Of a DNA stretch of 38,238 bases, positions 9,001-17,000 are shown in pieces; position 1 is the stretch's first letter; each line of letters starts with the position of its first letter. The notes beneath the pieces were generated by a model. The model had not been told where the DNA came from. It did no database searches and saw only the letters and a list, made by a program, of their open reading frames with translations. The translations under genes were made by a program, and so were the position numbers. Source of the stretch: a virus (Duplodnaviria > Caudoviricetes); the IMG/VR virus record IMGVR_UViG_3300020280_000008, positions 1 to 38,238 of that record; one strand, written 5' to 3'.

Positions 9001-10981
9001 CAATCTTGGAGATTATGTAATTATTTCCCGTGATGATGGAACTCCTTCGGGAGACGGTGTTGATGACCAGGGAGAACTATTCAAAGTTAAGACCTTAATT
9101 GATCAGGTTGCTAAGAAACTATCAGTTAAGACTGGTTGTGATACTGCTAATGAAGAGACAGTATTTGAAGTTGATTCTGTAACAGGTAATGTTACCATTT
9201 CATCTGAAACTACAACTATCAGCGGACTTCTAACTCTTAATGGTAGCTGCACAACACCATACACCAATTCTCCTGTAGGTGATAAGTTAAGAATCACTAA
9301 TGGTGATGATCCTGCAGTTACCACCTTTGAAGTAGATACTTGCACAGGAGACACAACTATTGGTAATGTACACGGTACAGTCTTTATGCTTGCCGAGCAG
9401 TTTGGAACTTCTCCTTCTGCATATACCAAGGACAGTGATGTTGTTCATGTATACAGACATAATCCACAATCAATTAATCCAAACGGATTAGGTCCTGCAA
9501 CAACTCTTGCTACAGCAATTGTTCCTGCAACTTCAAACATTGAGATTCAATCTAACCTTGCTGCATTCAGCATAGGTGATTTGGTAGCATTGTATGTAAC
9601 CGATCAGCAGATTGAAATTATTCAAATTACTGATACGCCACGTACAGATACAACCACTGGCGCACTAATTCTACCAACATCAACTAATCAAACTTATCCT
9701 GCTGGTGGTAGAGGACGTGAAGGTACAACAGCACAATCGTTCCAAGCAGGTGTTAATGTTGTCAAACTAGACAAATATGATAGAACAACAGTTCTTCTAG
9801 ATGATATTCCTGCAACACAAGCAGATCGTGCAACTGCACTTAAAGCACGTACTCCAAATACTAGTGATATTAGACTTGAAATTAGACTTCGTGATGCTGA
9901 TCTAATTGCACCTAAGTTGGATTATCCAACATATGTAAGAATCGGAACAGAATTCTTTGTTCCTGATAGTGTTGATGGATCTCTTGATGCATTATATGCA
10001 GTCAAGATGCCGAAGAGTGCTAGAATACCAAACAATGTCAACACCCCACTTGTAAATCTATACAATGGTGGCAAGACTAAGATATTTGATGATACTACCA
10101 TTTATGGTGGTGCGTTCAGAATGTATGGTTCTGATGGTAAAACTTTAGTTCTTTCTATTGCAAACGATGATGGTCACTCAGGTGATGGATCAATTGAAGA
10201 TCCTATTGAAAACACTAATGGACTAACCCTTAAGGGCGCTGGTAATATCTACGGTGATATTAGAGTTTATTGGGATGATTGCCAGATGAATGGCATCTGC
10301 TCAACAGTTCCATCCTTCCGCGTAACAAACCGCGAAGGTAGTGTAACCATGGGTGAGAAATTCTATCAAGGTGGTCTACTCCTAGAAACAGAGAATGCAG
10401 CAGAGACTGTGTTCCACGTTGATAACCTAGGTTCTGCTGGTGTTGGTGGAACTGAAGGTCCTAAGGAATTTAAGATCTATCAGAACAATGCTATTGACTC
10501 TTTCGGTATTGAAAAATACTGGACTGGAAATGGTGGTAGAAGACATACTTATGTTGAATTTGATGCTACTACTGGAATTGGTCAGCAGCAAGATAATCCT
10601 CTAGAAGTTAACAATAACTATCTTATCAATACTTCTAGTGGTAGTAATATGGTCTTATATCTACCAGATAATGCACAAACTGGAGATATGATTAGATTCG
10701 TTGAACTCAGTGGCAACTTGACATACAACACAAGTCTAATTATTAGAGCGAAAAAAGTAGGTGCTGTTGCGACAGCAATCCAAGGTGATACTACTGGATC
10801 TAGAGTTGGCGCTGGTGCTGGTCAAACACTAGCAACTGCATGGGACTCTGGAGAACTTGTTATTCAATCTAGAAATGCTTCATTCGGTCTAGTATATGCT
10901 GGATCTGTTGACATTGAGGGATCTGCAAATGCTAGAACTATTCCACCTACTCTCCGTGGTTGGTGGTTGATGGAACTCTGA
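2..10981 (+). CDS. Giant cyanophage virion structural protein (tail/baseplate-associated), 5'-truncated by the window
   Basis: The frame is open from nt 2 (FTERIQETRIVGPL...), so the TTG at 443 is not the real start. It has beta-helix-like segments (SPYVFNCSIRSTWG; ESGGDMSITNSNSNFG), an RRPSIARAGNHTFEYLGFGPGNYSTGLP block typical of large cyanomyophage virion proteins, internal repeats, and a C-terminal LPxxxxxGDxI...GW motif of T4-like fibre/baseplate proteins. Confidence 0.85.
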   Translation, partial: FTERIQETRIVGPLSDIRSIESIKCTDSSPAGTITVEITTKVNHGYFKNQFIAIEGNGLDDQLNGTFPISEIDLVDARKFRYQIGGTVSTLGTSTSLVSGTTYTSQNGLSANAVVKAEVDSVESASPYVFNCSIRSTWGICGIWANGLKATGFKSMVIAQYTGVSLQKDDRAFIRYDEYSNTFNQASLTDAFATVPYHTKGDAYWKDDWRNFHVRASEDAFIQNVSIFAVGFADHFLMESGGDMSITNSNSNFGNTSLHAIGFKGFAFNQDKGGYITDIVPPKTIPETTGNTKKNAYYTIDIKASNDGNNHSKIYYGDNEAFDPAKRPAASIEGFRIGARSDEKLYVKLTPRSAGADNIYNATLTPNGFKSFTASASILNPSNLVLNNRNLDAADRIEENKNFIAYEAYGYITAKYPSLLIKSGITIEKCRRDIGYLIDATVQDLRLGGNINTIQAAESYYVGNNLSYIIGELSETLEGYNYARDLAIAAMRNYSYLRQGATTTASSSIVNVGDTSGIVQGMVVADYDPSQFTDGKLNSGATRPASPAIPDNTFVKRVIDATTIELGQKATFSEKKVVSDRFGDARDLMLANKAFIAAEAYDRMVLDFPGFVTPTGNSQDCIDDIVDVIEAVAENTAFGGNAETFDAAYLYETGAHVSGEEAETVKAFTYARDMCIQVMRNEDVFVFGTHGLTQTKDTSITYVAPELVADRNGDARDLILANKNLIANEAVERMLQKYPTFTVAGGNQNCIDDVVDLLEAVADNVAYGGNDKTWDAAYSYVKGAHVAGEETETLYVFEQAKEMAAQVMRNQKILSMGSHGLSQTFDSSITYDLPDPVIDRNGDARNLIVANKTLIANEAYARMLAQNAGFVPPTGNAQDCIDDILDFVEEISYNVAFGGNDRTWDMSNLYVTGAHVAGEETQTVQAFDYARDLMVQAMRNEVILPVGSHGLTQSFDNTITVNAPTPTDNKSADAKNLILANKTFIAEIAYGRMQTQYPSFTVPTGNSQDCIDDIIDMIEVVAYNLAFGGNDRTWDAANLYATGAHVAGEEAQTITAFTEAKDIMIEVMRNEAVTVGGHTALTQSFDNTITADTQTPLCPAQESTINTLVTILTNTITSAPLLYNVTRTFSNGSCNDVRSSIETLTAIATNAVTSPGSLASVTRTVSVGSCEDVRSTINTLFKIVEDAVATPTTLSSVLRTVSNGSCQNVASAITTLFQIVNNTILNPGYLQSVDRVESPLGLSFGPSVNANASTTNSYLYFTLTSGVYTSQFSPTTDETITQHTSYPECADQATAIRQFFTNISTIIQTGLNSVPRVEPSQLTTELASRATVWTLRTGQGSNPHNLETGTPVRLVPRPRYDSVTNSYVDVDKRKIRLPNGFETNELYYVIAPARKTKPEPYEGTSIFNGSDQTKIMLASSKENAAAGIYIHSAEVDGIDPDIEIDIYQFVLDDRFDLHQYSCVLEVNTNNRIRTDVPHIFDVPFADISGHKVFFRPNEGGSVPLVGANYAGDPNVADSNGRLRGDKFFWARYQTEKNFTIHTTKADAIADINAITFQSGVYDFSVFADKRESPVRFDPSYQNPGTTPTIYGKWYMQVEDHSSNPQDPQYSMNILTRLHENAYSDQSGQDKTNDTWFERIKDERDKEDRIYRLRYVIPDYLQAVRDPINGFSIKIRKDETRKLLPQKLVLKPVTGSVTKARFFNPVQASEVIGFTKQDFITNSLNEEVAYDPYKRDVVGTTQYAKKIETTNYVSMTIQSGRYFTEQSSGDELLELTVFDLGIENTALFNETFTTVKITAPQGGSFVADKTQSNASNRIEWFGNSSGYGYIHAVLNVPGTSEWHLILKGTFGDIDYSEFENIRFAQGSTFADLETDQDFGKSLVIKDLIRKEYPEYYYKEKGSAVYTITPGDIVTDDDNVQFYVASVEDTGEIDDTFYIFDVEEIQRRIYGQQDGIYYLTAVRGNISPFPTGAGNQGNFRNFKFSQPISKLYPLNYKNDPLWFKQLDVTEVDVPATYSAADNYTHGLVRVNDFKGSMTREMALDFISQDALSSKTYTQVSSTEDNRLRAQKGNAASGSEDRKIPIVGDSKVMADQRLYVELRRPSIARAGNHTFEYLGFGPGNYSTGLPARQEIVLTPTQDFYAQSKKQDGGLVFYTGLNSNGDLYIGNRKIDAITGEEEFLESAALVDSADDADAIDTLVTTFDTPVTFNENIVVNGGDAQDLISTFNSPVTINVLGRVREYALRILSNVSPSSGDDATLDTTQQFLNQDTQGNIVIARNRVAASIFQFNPRGSNGQAQGYKIQNHVVGNQGSNVTPNQSALYSTGLGTSIDATQNVLYGSNAPLSGDMLLKGSEVGSSGSRGWIYANFFEDVPAANILHFTMDGSTVITITWGNNLSNQQVGISSGSQIRISNYSDSGFNGLWQVIGNGFTPTANTCQIALAQNRANVSNDNPRLWSTEVALGNGARLEFSNSNWKEFGVIGSESIRTNTDDIGQYKMGINTIARAPHSAYENAFVSVETDPRANLDVVGNAFISGRIVDDYLDHNNFAARNKQDIDNAFLVGGNSGSPDNEAVFRVATTNGGRVGINVDNSQLDRALVVDGTSRFTDDARFEHDIEVNGDDGVTAEIRTSQTSGTFNLVTDSTFTGTLNVGNSVSDLNVLNTSTDKQRLYIGNASTESYVWFGNTPDTSSNISKITIGGAYDNNESLSFTLIGSKSFKTAGDFQLGTRRGLTDIVKLSSTAGTVEFFAGNSATSKLDFATNASDITIGGQGGDTRVRNNLIVDSTARFNSDVTLCGGYASYSFVADRAQIGSGRISHTSGVLGNNLFNSNVDIISVARVATTDVRYNAVDTSGSGDWGGSVYQNQITTIGGTPIVEPQVLPVLTGNQYYLPIKNKPVDLSGAQYFEENDILLIDTDSSGGTKHPEFVRVVSLPRINVAPFFLVVERLPFGTFTAIRSDHNDTAAIYKCNVQFNSTWITTDLDNTGNEENIYLAQFGGTINLGDYVIISRDDGTPSGDGVDDQGELFKVKTLIDQVAKKLSVKTGCDTANEETVFEVDSVTGNVTISSETTTISGLLTLNGSCTTPYTNSPVGDKLRITNGDDPAVTTFEVDTCTGDTTIGNVHGTVFMLAEQFGTSPSAYTKDSDVVHVYRHNPQSINPNGLGPATTLATAIVPATSNIEIQSNLAAFSIGDLVALYVTDQQIEIIQITDTPRTDTTTGALILPTSTNQTYPAGGRGREGTTAQSFQAGVNVVKLDKYDRTTVLLDDIPATQADRATALKARTPNTSDIRLEIRLRDADLIAPKLDYPTYVRIGTEFFVPDSVDGSLDALYAVKMPKSARIPNNVNTPLVNLYNGGKTKIFDDTTIYGGAFRMYGSDGKTLVLSIANDDGHSGDGSIEDPIENTNGLTLKGAGNIYGDIRVYWDDCQMNGICSTVPSFRVTNREGSVTMGEKFYQGGLLLETENAAETVFHVDNLGSAGVGGTEGPKEFKIYQNNAIDSFGIEKYWTGNGGRRHTYVEFDATTGIGQQQDNPLEVNNNYLINTSSGSNMVLYLPDNAQTGDMIRFVELSGNLTYNTSLIIRAKKVGAVATAIQGDTTGSRVGAGAGQTLATAWDSGELVIQSRNASFGLVYAGSVDIEGSANARTIPPTLRGWWLMEL
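1739..3290 (+). repeat. Four tandem ~129-130 aa helical repeats (A1-A4) inside the giant protein
   Basis: Units start at about 1739, 2129, 2516 and 2903, consensus DARxLIxANKxxIAxEAYxRM...P.GN.QDCIDD..D..E.VA.N.AFGGNDxTWDAA..Y..GAHVAGEE. A diverged copy (A0) lies at 1175-1480. Confidence 0.95.
3293..3715 (+). repeat. Four tandem 36-aa Cys-led helical repeats (B units)
   Basis: Cys codons at 3293, 3401, 3509 and 3617 (exact 108-nt period), consensus CxDVxSxIxTLxxIxxNxI...VxR. A fifth copy (CADQATAIRQFF) lies at 3866. Confidence 0.92.
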
Positions 10982-10991
10982 TCTAAGACAA

Positions 10992-12683
10992 ATGACAGTA
11001 AGATACGACTCAATAAAAACCATGCGATCTGCCAAGATTGGCACTATCATGCCATGGGGAGGAGATGGGGGTACTGGATTCTTGGAATCTAATATCCCCA
11101 AGGGATGGATTACTTGTAGTGGTCAAACATTGTCTGCTTCAGATTATCCTCTGTTAGCAGCTGCATTAGGTGATTCTTACGGAGGTAAGATGACTGACGC
11201 AGCAGGAAATCATGAGGAATTTCCATATTATGGTACAGATGCGACATTTGGTTTACCAAATATATCTGCTAAAGTTTTAATAGATCTTGAAAGATCTTAT
11301 CTAACTCAGGACAAATATAAAGCAAATCAAACTGATCCTTTAGACGCAGTATATAATACACAGGGAGATAAACTAGGAGATCTTATTGATGGTTACGGTC
11401 AAAACGTCCTAGTAAATACAACATATCAGGCAACATGTGATATTGATTTCACTTTAAACTTATCTGGTAATTTATATTTTAAATTTGATAATATTACCAT
11501 GGGTGCTCCTGATTTTCTAGAGACAGTTTATACTCTCAATAGAAAATTGGGAATGAACCACACTCCATCACACAGTCATAGTGACAGTATAATGTCAGTT
11601 AACCCAAACCCTACTGGTCCAATGGTTTTCCGAACGGACAGAGGTATTGATATGACTGGAACTATTACAGATAGTACTTCTTGTAGATATACGAAAGGTC
11701 CAATTGAATGTCAAAACAAGGAAGCTGAACCTACTCAATGGTTTAATGGTGCTACTGACATAACATATTATGGTGATAATACCAGAGAAAATACACTACC
11801 TAGAATGGATAGATTCTATGAGTTTGTTCAAGATAGTAGTGGAAAAGATTATTGGGGATTTATTCCTGCAGGAAAAGATAATTGGCCTACAACTGATAGA
11901 GAACAATTGGGAGGAGGAACTGGACCTACCAATTTGACATGGGAGTCAGTTATGTTTGAAAGAGGAAACACGGCGTCATATACCACAGAACACGAAATTT
12001 CTCACAAAACTCCTTGTCATACTGGAATGTTTCCAAAACCAATGAGGTATCAAGGAAAAACAAACTTCCTTGGTTATGACACAGGAGCGCCTATTAGAAG
12101 TGATGGATTAGAAGATGATCCAGAAACCTCTCCAGTGTTCACTGTGTCTGGAGTTACAATTGCAGCACAAAGTAATAAAATCACGTTACCATCTAATACT
12201 AATATTAGTAGATTATACACAGCAGGTACAGAAACGTGGTATCAATATGATAAAATCACTCCATTGATGGTTGTTGTACCAGTCAATGCAGACAATAAGT
12301 ATCATTACTTTGAAGAAGGTACATATGTACAATCAGTTGAGAATAAAGGAACAGAAGCTGCACCAATTTATGAACTTACACTGAATGTTCAGGTAAAAAA
12401 TAGTGGAACAATTGACTTGGCATTTAAAAACAATACGTGGCCAACTACAATGAACGTTATTGATACATCAAAAGATCCTAAAGAGCAAGTTTTTAGAGCT
12501 CATAATCACGGAAGTTTTGAAATTTCTCAGGGTATTGGATCTATTGCAAGTCCTCCTTCACATACTGCAAATGATGCAGATGGATCTGCTTTAACGGCAG
12601 ATAGTCTAGAAGATGCACTAAATATTACGGTTGATACTACACAACCTAACGTAACAATGACGTTCATAATCAAAGCATACTGA
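10992..12683 (+). CDS. Tail-collar domain short tail fibre-like protein
   Basis: N-terminal IGTIMPW..GWITCSGQ.L...YPLL...LG..YGG...FGLPN collar motif, HSH/HNH motifs, C-terminal FIIKAY. Confidence 0.8.
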   Translation: MTVRYDSIKTMRSAKIGTIMPWGGDGGTGFLESNIPKGWITCSGQTLSASDYPLLAAALGDSYGGKMTDAAGNHEEFPYYGTDATFGLPNISAKVLIDLERSYLTQDKYKANQTDPLDAVYNTQGDKLGDLIDGYGQNVLVNTTYQATCDIDFTLNLSGNLYFKFDNITMGAPDFLETVYTLNRKLGMNHTPSHSHSDSIMSVNPNPTGPMVFRTDRGIDMTGTITDSTSCRYTKGPIECQNKEAEPTQWFNGATDITYYGDNTRENTLPRMDRFYEFVQDSSGKDYWGFIPAGKDNWPTTDREQLGGGTGPTNLTWESVMFERGNTASYTTEHEISHKTPCHTGMFPKPMRYQGKTNFLGYDTGAPIRSDGLEDDPETSPVFTVSGVTIAAQSNKITLPSNTNISRLYTAGTETWYQYDKITPLMVVVPVNADNKYHYFEEGTYVQSVENKGTEAAPIYELTLNVQVKNSGTIDLAFKNNTWPTTMNVIDTSKDPKEQVFRAHNHGSFEISQGIGSIASPPSHTANDADGSALTADSLEDALNITVDTTQPNVTMTFIIKAY

Positions 12684-14062
12684 TGCCAGCATTTTACGCC
12701 AAAGAAAGATCTAAGTATGGTAATCTATCAGGTCAGGTTATTATTTGGCCGATGGAATATAATGGTGATCCAAGCACTGCCGTAAATAGAGCAAAATTAC
12801 CTGCAGGATATCTTAAATGTGATGGTGCAAAATACTTCGCTGCTGATTATCCTGCCTTAGCAGCGATCTTAGGAACTGGTAGTAATTGCAAGTATCTTAG
12901 GAGAAATCCTGATGGTACAGAATTTGATATTCTATCTGATGAGCAATTCATGGTTCCTGATTTGGGATCAAAATATCCAGAACCAACATCTGGTGCTAAC
13001 GCTGGATCATATAATAATATCAGATTACCTAATGCTTTAGGTAATTTGGTAAGTAGATCTGGTATTGGTATTGAAGCAACGTCTGCAATTGGTGATAGCG
13101 TAACTATTACCTATTCTGGTCAAATTACAGTTCCTAGTCAAGAAATTCCTTTGAGAGGTAGACCATCATGGGAATATGCTGGTGACACCCATTACACTGA
13201 TATTGAAGGTGTTGAAGAAAATATGGTACATGGTCACTTGCATTTGCATAGTGCAGTAAGAGCAAGAAATTTACAGACCAATGAAACATCATCTAATGAA
13301 CCAAATCCTAATGGTGGTCGTACAGGTCGTAAGAATGCGTCAACAATACCAATTCAAGATTGGTTAGATGCTACTAGATATGATAATGATAGCTCTCAAC
13401 CACCAGGAAGTGCTCAAGCACCTTGTAAAGCAATTGATAAGTGGAGATCATCTGCAAGTACAACTCAGAACTTAGTTGTTGGTACACAAGAGACTTTATA
13501 TTATGGTTATTGTATCTTTGGATATGGGCAGCAATCATACACTTATGGTTGCTTGAGTAATGAAGAATATACTCTTGATGGTGGAGAATTAGAAGGATCT
13601 CCAAATGGATCTGATGTTGCTAGATATGGAAACGCAGTAGAAGTCCTTGGTATTTGTGTATCTAGTCCATCATGGCCAGAAGTAAATTGGGACAATGATG
13701 TTCCAATTACATATGAACAGGGTTATCCTGGAGTTCCTACGGATTTTAATAATGTGAGTTTACATGATGTAGTTCCTATGCAATCAAACCAAGAACATAG
13801 AGAAAATAGAGCAATCACTGATGTTGTAAACGAAACAACTGATACCGCTGATTTAGCAATTGCTGCAGGTACAGACCCAACTAGACACAATCACCGTATT
13901 GATTTAGAGAGAGGTGATCATAACTATAAAGTAAAGACGAATGCAATCAATGTTCCACCTGAAAATTTAACTACCAGAATGGACATTGGAGCAGACTCTT
14001 CAGTTTCTATTGATTCTGCTACTGCACCATTTATTGTTATGGAATACTTAATTAAGATTTAA
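12683..14062 (+). CDS. Tail-collar domain fibre/baseplate protein
   Basis: LPAGYLKCDG..Y....YPALAAILG...FMVPDLG collar motif, HGHLHLH and HNH motifs, C-terminal YLIKI; start overlaps the upstream stop (TGATG). Confidence 0.8.
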   Translation: MPAFYAKERSKYGNLSGQVIIWPMEYNGDPSTAVNRAKLPAGYLKCDGAKYFAADYPALAAILGTGSNCKYLRRNPDGTEFDILSDEQFMVPDLGSKYPEPTSGANAGSYNNIRLPNALGNLVSRSGIGIEATSAIGDSVTITYSGQITVPSQEIPLRGRPSWEYAGDTHYTDIEGVEENMVHGHLHLHSAVRARNLQTNETSSNEPNPNGGRTGRKNASTIPIQDWLDATRYDNDSSQPPGSAQAPCKAIDKWRSSASTTQNLVVGTQETLYYGYCIFGYGQQSYTYGCLSNEEYTLDGGELEGSPNGSDVARYGNAVEVLGICVSSPSWPEVNWDNDVPITYEQGYPGVPTDFNNVSLHDVVPMQSNQEHRENRAITDVVNETTDTADLAIAAGTDPTRHNHRIDLERGDHNYKVKTNAINVPPENLTTRMDIGADSSVSIDSATAPFIVMEYLIKI

Positions 14063-14067
14063 TAGTA

Positions 14068-17000
14068 ATGGCACAAAGTTATAGAAATGCTAGACAGGGA
14101 TTCCTGACCGACATGTTGGTGGATACTACACCAATCGGATCTATTGTACCTAATTTAAAGAGCACTGACAATAGTTTTGATCACAGTTACGTTAAATCTG
14201 GTGACATAAACTATGGTAATTTGAGTGAGAAGACTGGTAATGCATACGTCAATGGTGATGATCCAGCATATACTCATGAAGGATATTTGTATTGCGATGG
14301 ATCTACATACGAGATTTCTGATTATCCAATGTTATTTTCTGTCATTGGAAATAAGTATGGTGGTAGAGCAAGTCAAGGCATTGATATTACAAATCCTGGA
14401 AGTGGATATACATCTAATCCTGTAGTTACAGTTGATGCTCCCAGTGGCGCAAATTCTACTCAAGCAACTGCATATGCTGAAATTGATAACACTGGTAAGT
14501 TAGTTAAGATTGATACTATCATAGCTGGTAGCGGATATGATCCCAATAATCCTCCCTCGGTTACTATCACAGGTGGTGGTGGATCTGGTGCTACAGCGGT
14601 AGTTAGAATTGATCCTGATACTGGTGGTCTTTCTGGAATAACTACAGCAAATGTTCTTGATTGGTGGGGTATTACTAACCTCGGAACATTTGCAGTACCT
14701 GATACTAAAACCAGAAAAATTGTAGGAAACAATGCAGTATTTGGTAACAACTCTCCTAACGTAGGTAATTCTTCCCTTGGTGTTGGCATTACAGGTGGTC
14801 AATGGTATTTTGCTAAAGAATCCCAGGATGAGTATTTTTCATTGGGTAGAATTACTACTGCTGGATATGATCAAGTAGTTGAGACTACTGGTTGTACTAT
14901 CATTGGTAGTCAAGATGTGACTGTCTCAATGAGAGAGACAAAACTCACAGGAGTCTTCCAGCATAGTCATGCAGTATTTCATACTATACCTGGAGATAAC
15001 CAGTATATTGCTGAGGCAAGTGGAGACAGATATTTGGCTGACTTCAAGGAAGGATCTGGAAGAGTTCAAAGATGGTATCCAACCTCAGGTCAGGTATTTA
15101 CGCATAAACATGCGTTGTTAAGAAGACCAAATGATGATAATACAGTTGCAACATATGATGTATGGGATGCATTTGGTGGCGCTAGTGGCAATGGATCTAT
15201 AAAAAATCCATTAGATGCTCCAGCAGATCAAAAATACATGGCATCAGGTGCTGCAGGAGCAGGTAGTTGGGACTTTCAAACATTTATTCCTAACCCAACA
15301 TTCTATAGAACTCAAGGTAACTCTGTAATTGGCAACAGAGATATTACTACAGGTGGAACACCTATTATTGACTATACAAATGAATGGGAATTCACCAACC
15401 CTGGTAACTATACGGTAGATTTCAGTACAGTTACTGGTAGTCCCGAATCATTCCAATTCATTGCCATTGGAGGTGGCGGATCTGGTGCTAATGGTGATAC
15501 AGGTGGAAACTCTGGTGGAGACACTTCTATTAAAGTTGGTGATGGATCAATTATTCACCTAGTTGGAAAAGGTGGAGGCGGCGGCGGAGCAGCAAGTGGT
15601 CAATCAGGTGGAAATGGTGGTAGTAAAGGTGGTACACAGAAACTTGGTTCAAAGAGTGCTGGTAAGTTTGACGGATTGGATGGTACTGATGGTGGTAATG
15701 GAGCAGCATCAAATGGTTATCCAAAGGTAGATTATCCAAGTAATCCTGGCACTGGAGGAATTGGTGGTTTACTCGGACGTGCTGCTGTTGATATGGGACC
15801 AGTTTATGGTGCAGGAACCAACGGAGTTAATAGAGAAGTTACAGGACAAAGTGGTACAGTTGATACTGAATTAACTAGTGACGGAACATTTAATTTACAA
15901 GGTATTAATAATCCTACCTTTGTTGCATTCTGGGTTCATGGAGGAAAAGGTGGTGGTGTATCCAAAGGTAGTGTAACTGGACATCCTGGAACAAGAGTAT
16001 ATGGAGAATTAAAAGCTAGCGCACGTGCCACATTTACTCAAAATTCTTGGTCTGTAAAAATAGGATATGCAGGCGGCACTGGTGGCAATAGTCCTGGTGG
16101 TGGCGGTTCTGGCGCTGGATCTGGTAGTGGTAAAAGAGGTGGACAAGGACATATTCCCCCACCACCATCATCAGGCGGTCCTGGCGCTTCTGGTGGCGGC
16201 GGCGGTGGATGCACTGCTCTGTATAGAGGATCTCAGCTTGTTATTGGTGCTGGTGGCGGCGGTGGTGCTGGTGCTGATGGATATGATGGTGGTCCTGGAC
16301 AAAATGGTATTGGACCTGTTGGACTACAGCAGGTTACATCAGCTATCGGAACTGGTTCTGGTGGTGTTGGTGGTAATTATGGATGTATCGGTGGTGGCGG
16401 CGGAGGCGGCGGCGGTGGTGCCGCTGTCAATGGTTTCACAACTCCTGGTGGTACAGGTGGTGGCGCTCCTGGTGGTCCTGGTGGCGCTCCTGGAGGAGGC
16501 GGCGGTCACCAAGGTGGTGGCGGTGGAATGACTGGAACTAGTTCTATTAGAACTGATTACTTCCAAAGTGCTTCTCAGTCTAGTTCTGGAAGAACTAACG
16601 GTAAAGTTAGAATGAAAGTTGATTATAATAATGATTACTGGACTTCTGGCGGCGGCGGTGGAGGCGGCGCTGGATCTTGGAATGGTACTACATCATGGAG
16701 TTCATTAGGCAATCCTACTTCAGCTCAAATTACTGTTGGTGATGGAGGATCTTCGCCAGGTGGTGGTGTTGCTAAGGGTGGCGTTGGTTATGCTAAACTT
16801 GGATTGGGAATTATCACTGGATATATTGGTGGAACAACTACCACTAGTGTTGGTGACATATATGAGGAAGGAACTGCTGATAATGTTGATTGGGACGTTG
16901 ATATCGTATCTTTTGGTGACGGAACTGGCAATCAAGGAAACTTTAAAAAACCATCGGGAACACCTACTATTGTGATAACTGGTGGTGGTGGATCTGGTGC

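Noticed and set aside
15460-16680. GGC/GGT triplet runs as microsatellites or a contingency locus
   Set aside because: They are in-frame glycine codons with mixed synonymous use, typical of Gly-rich fibres.
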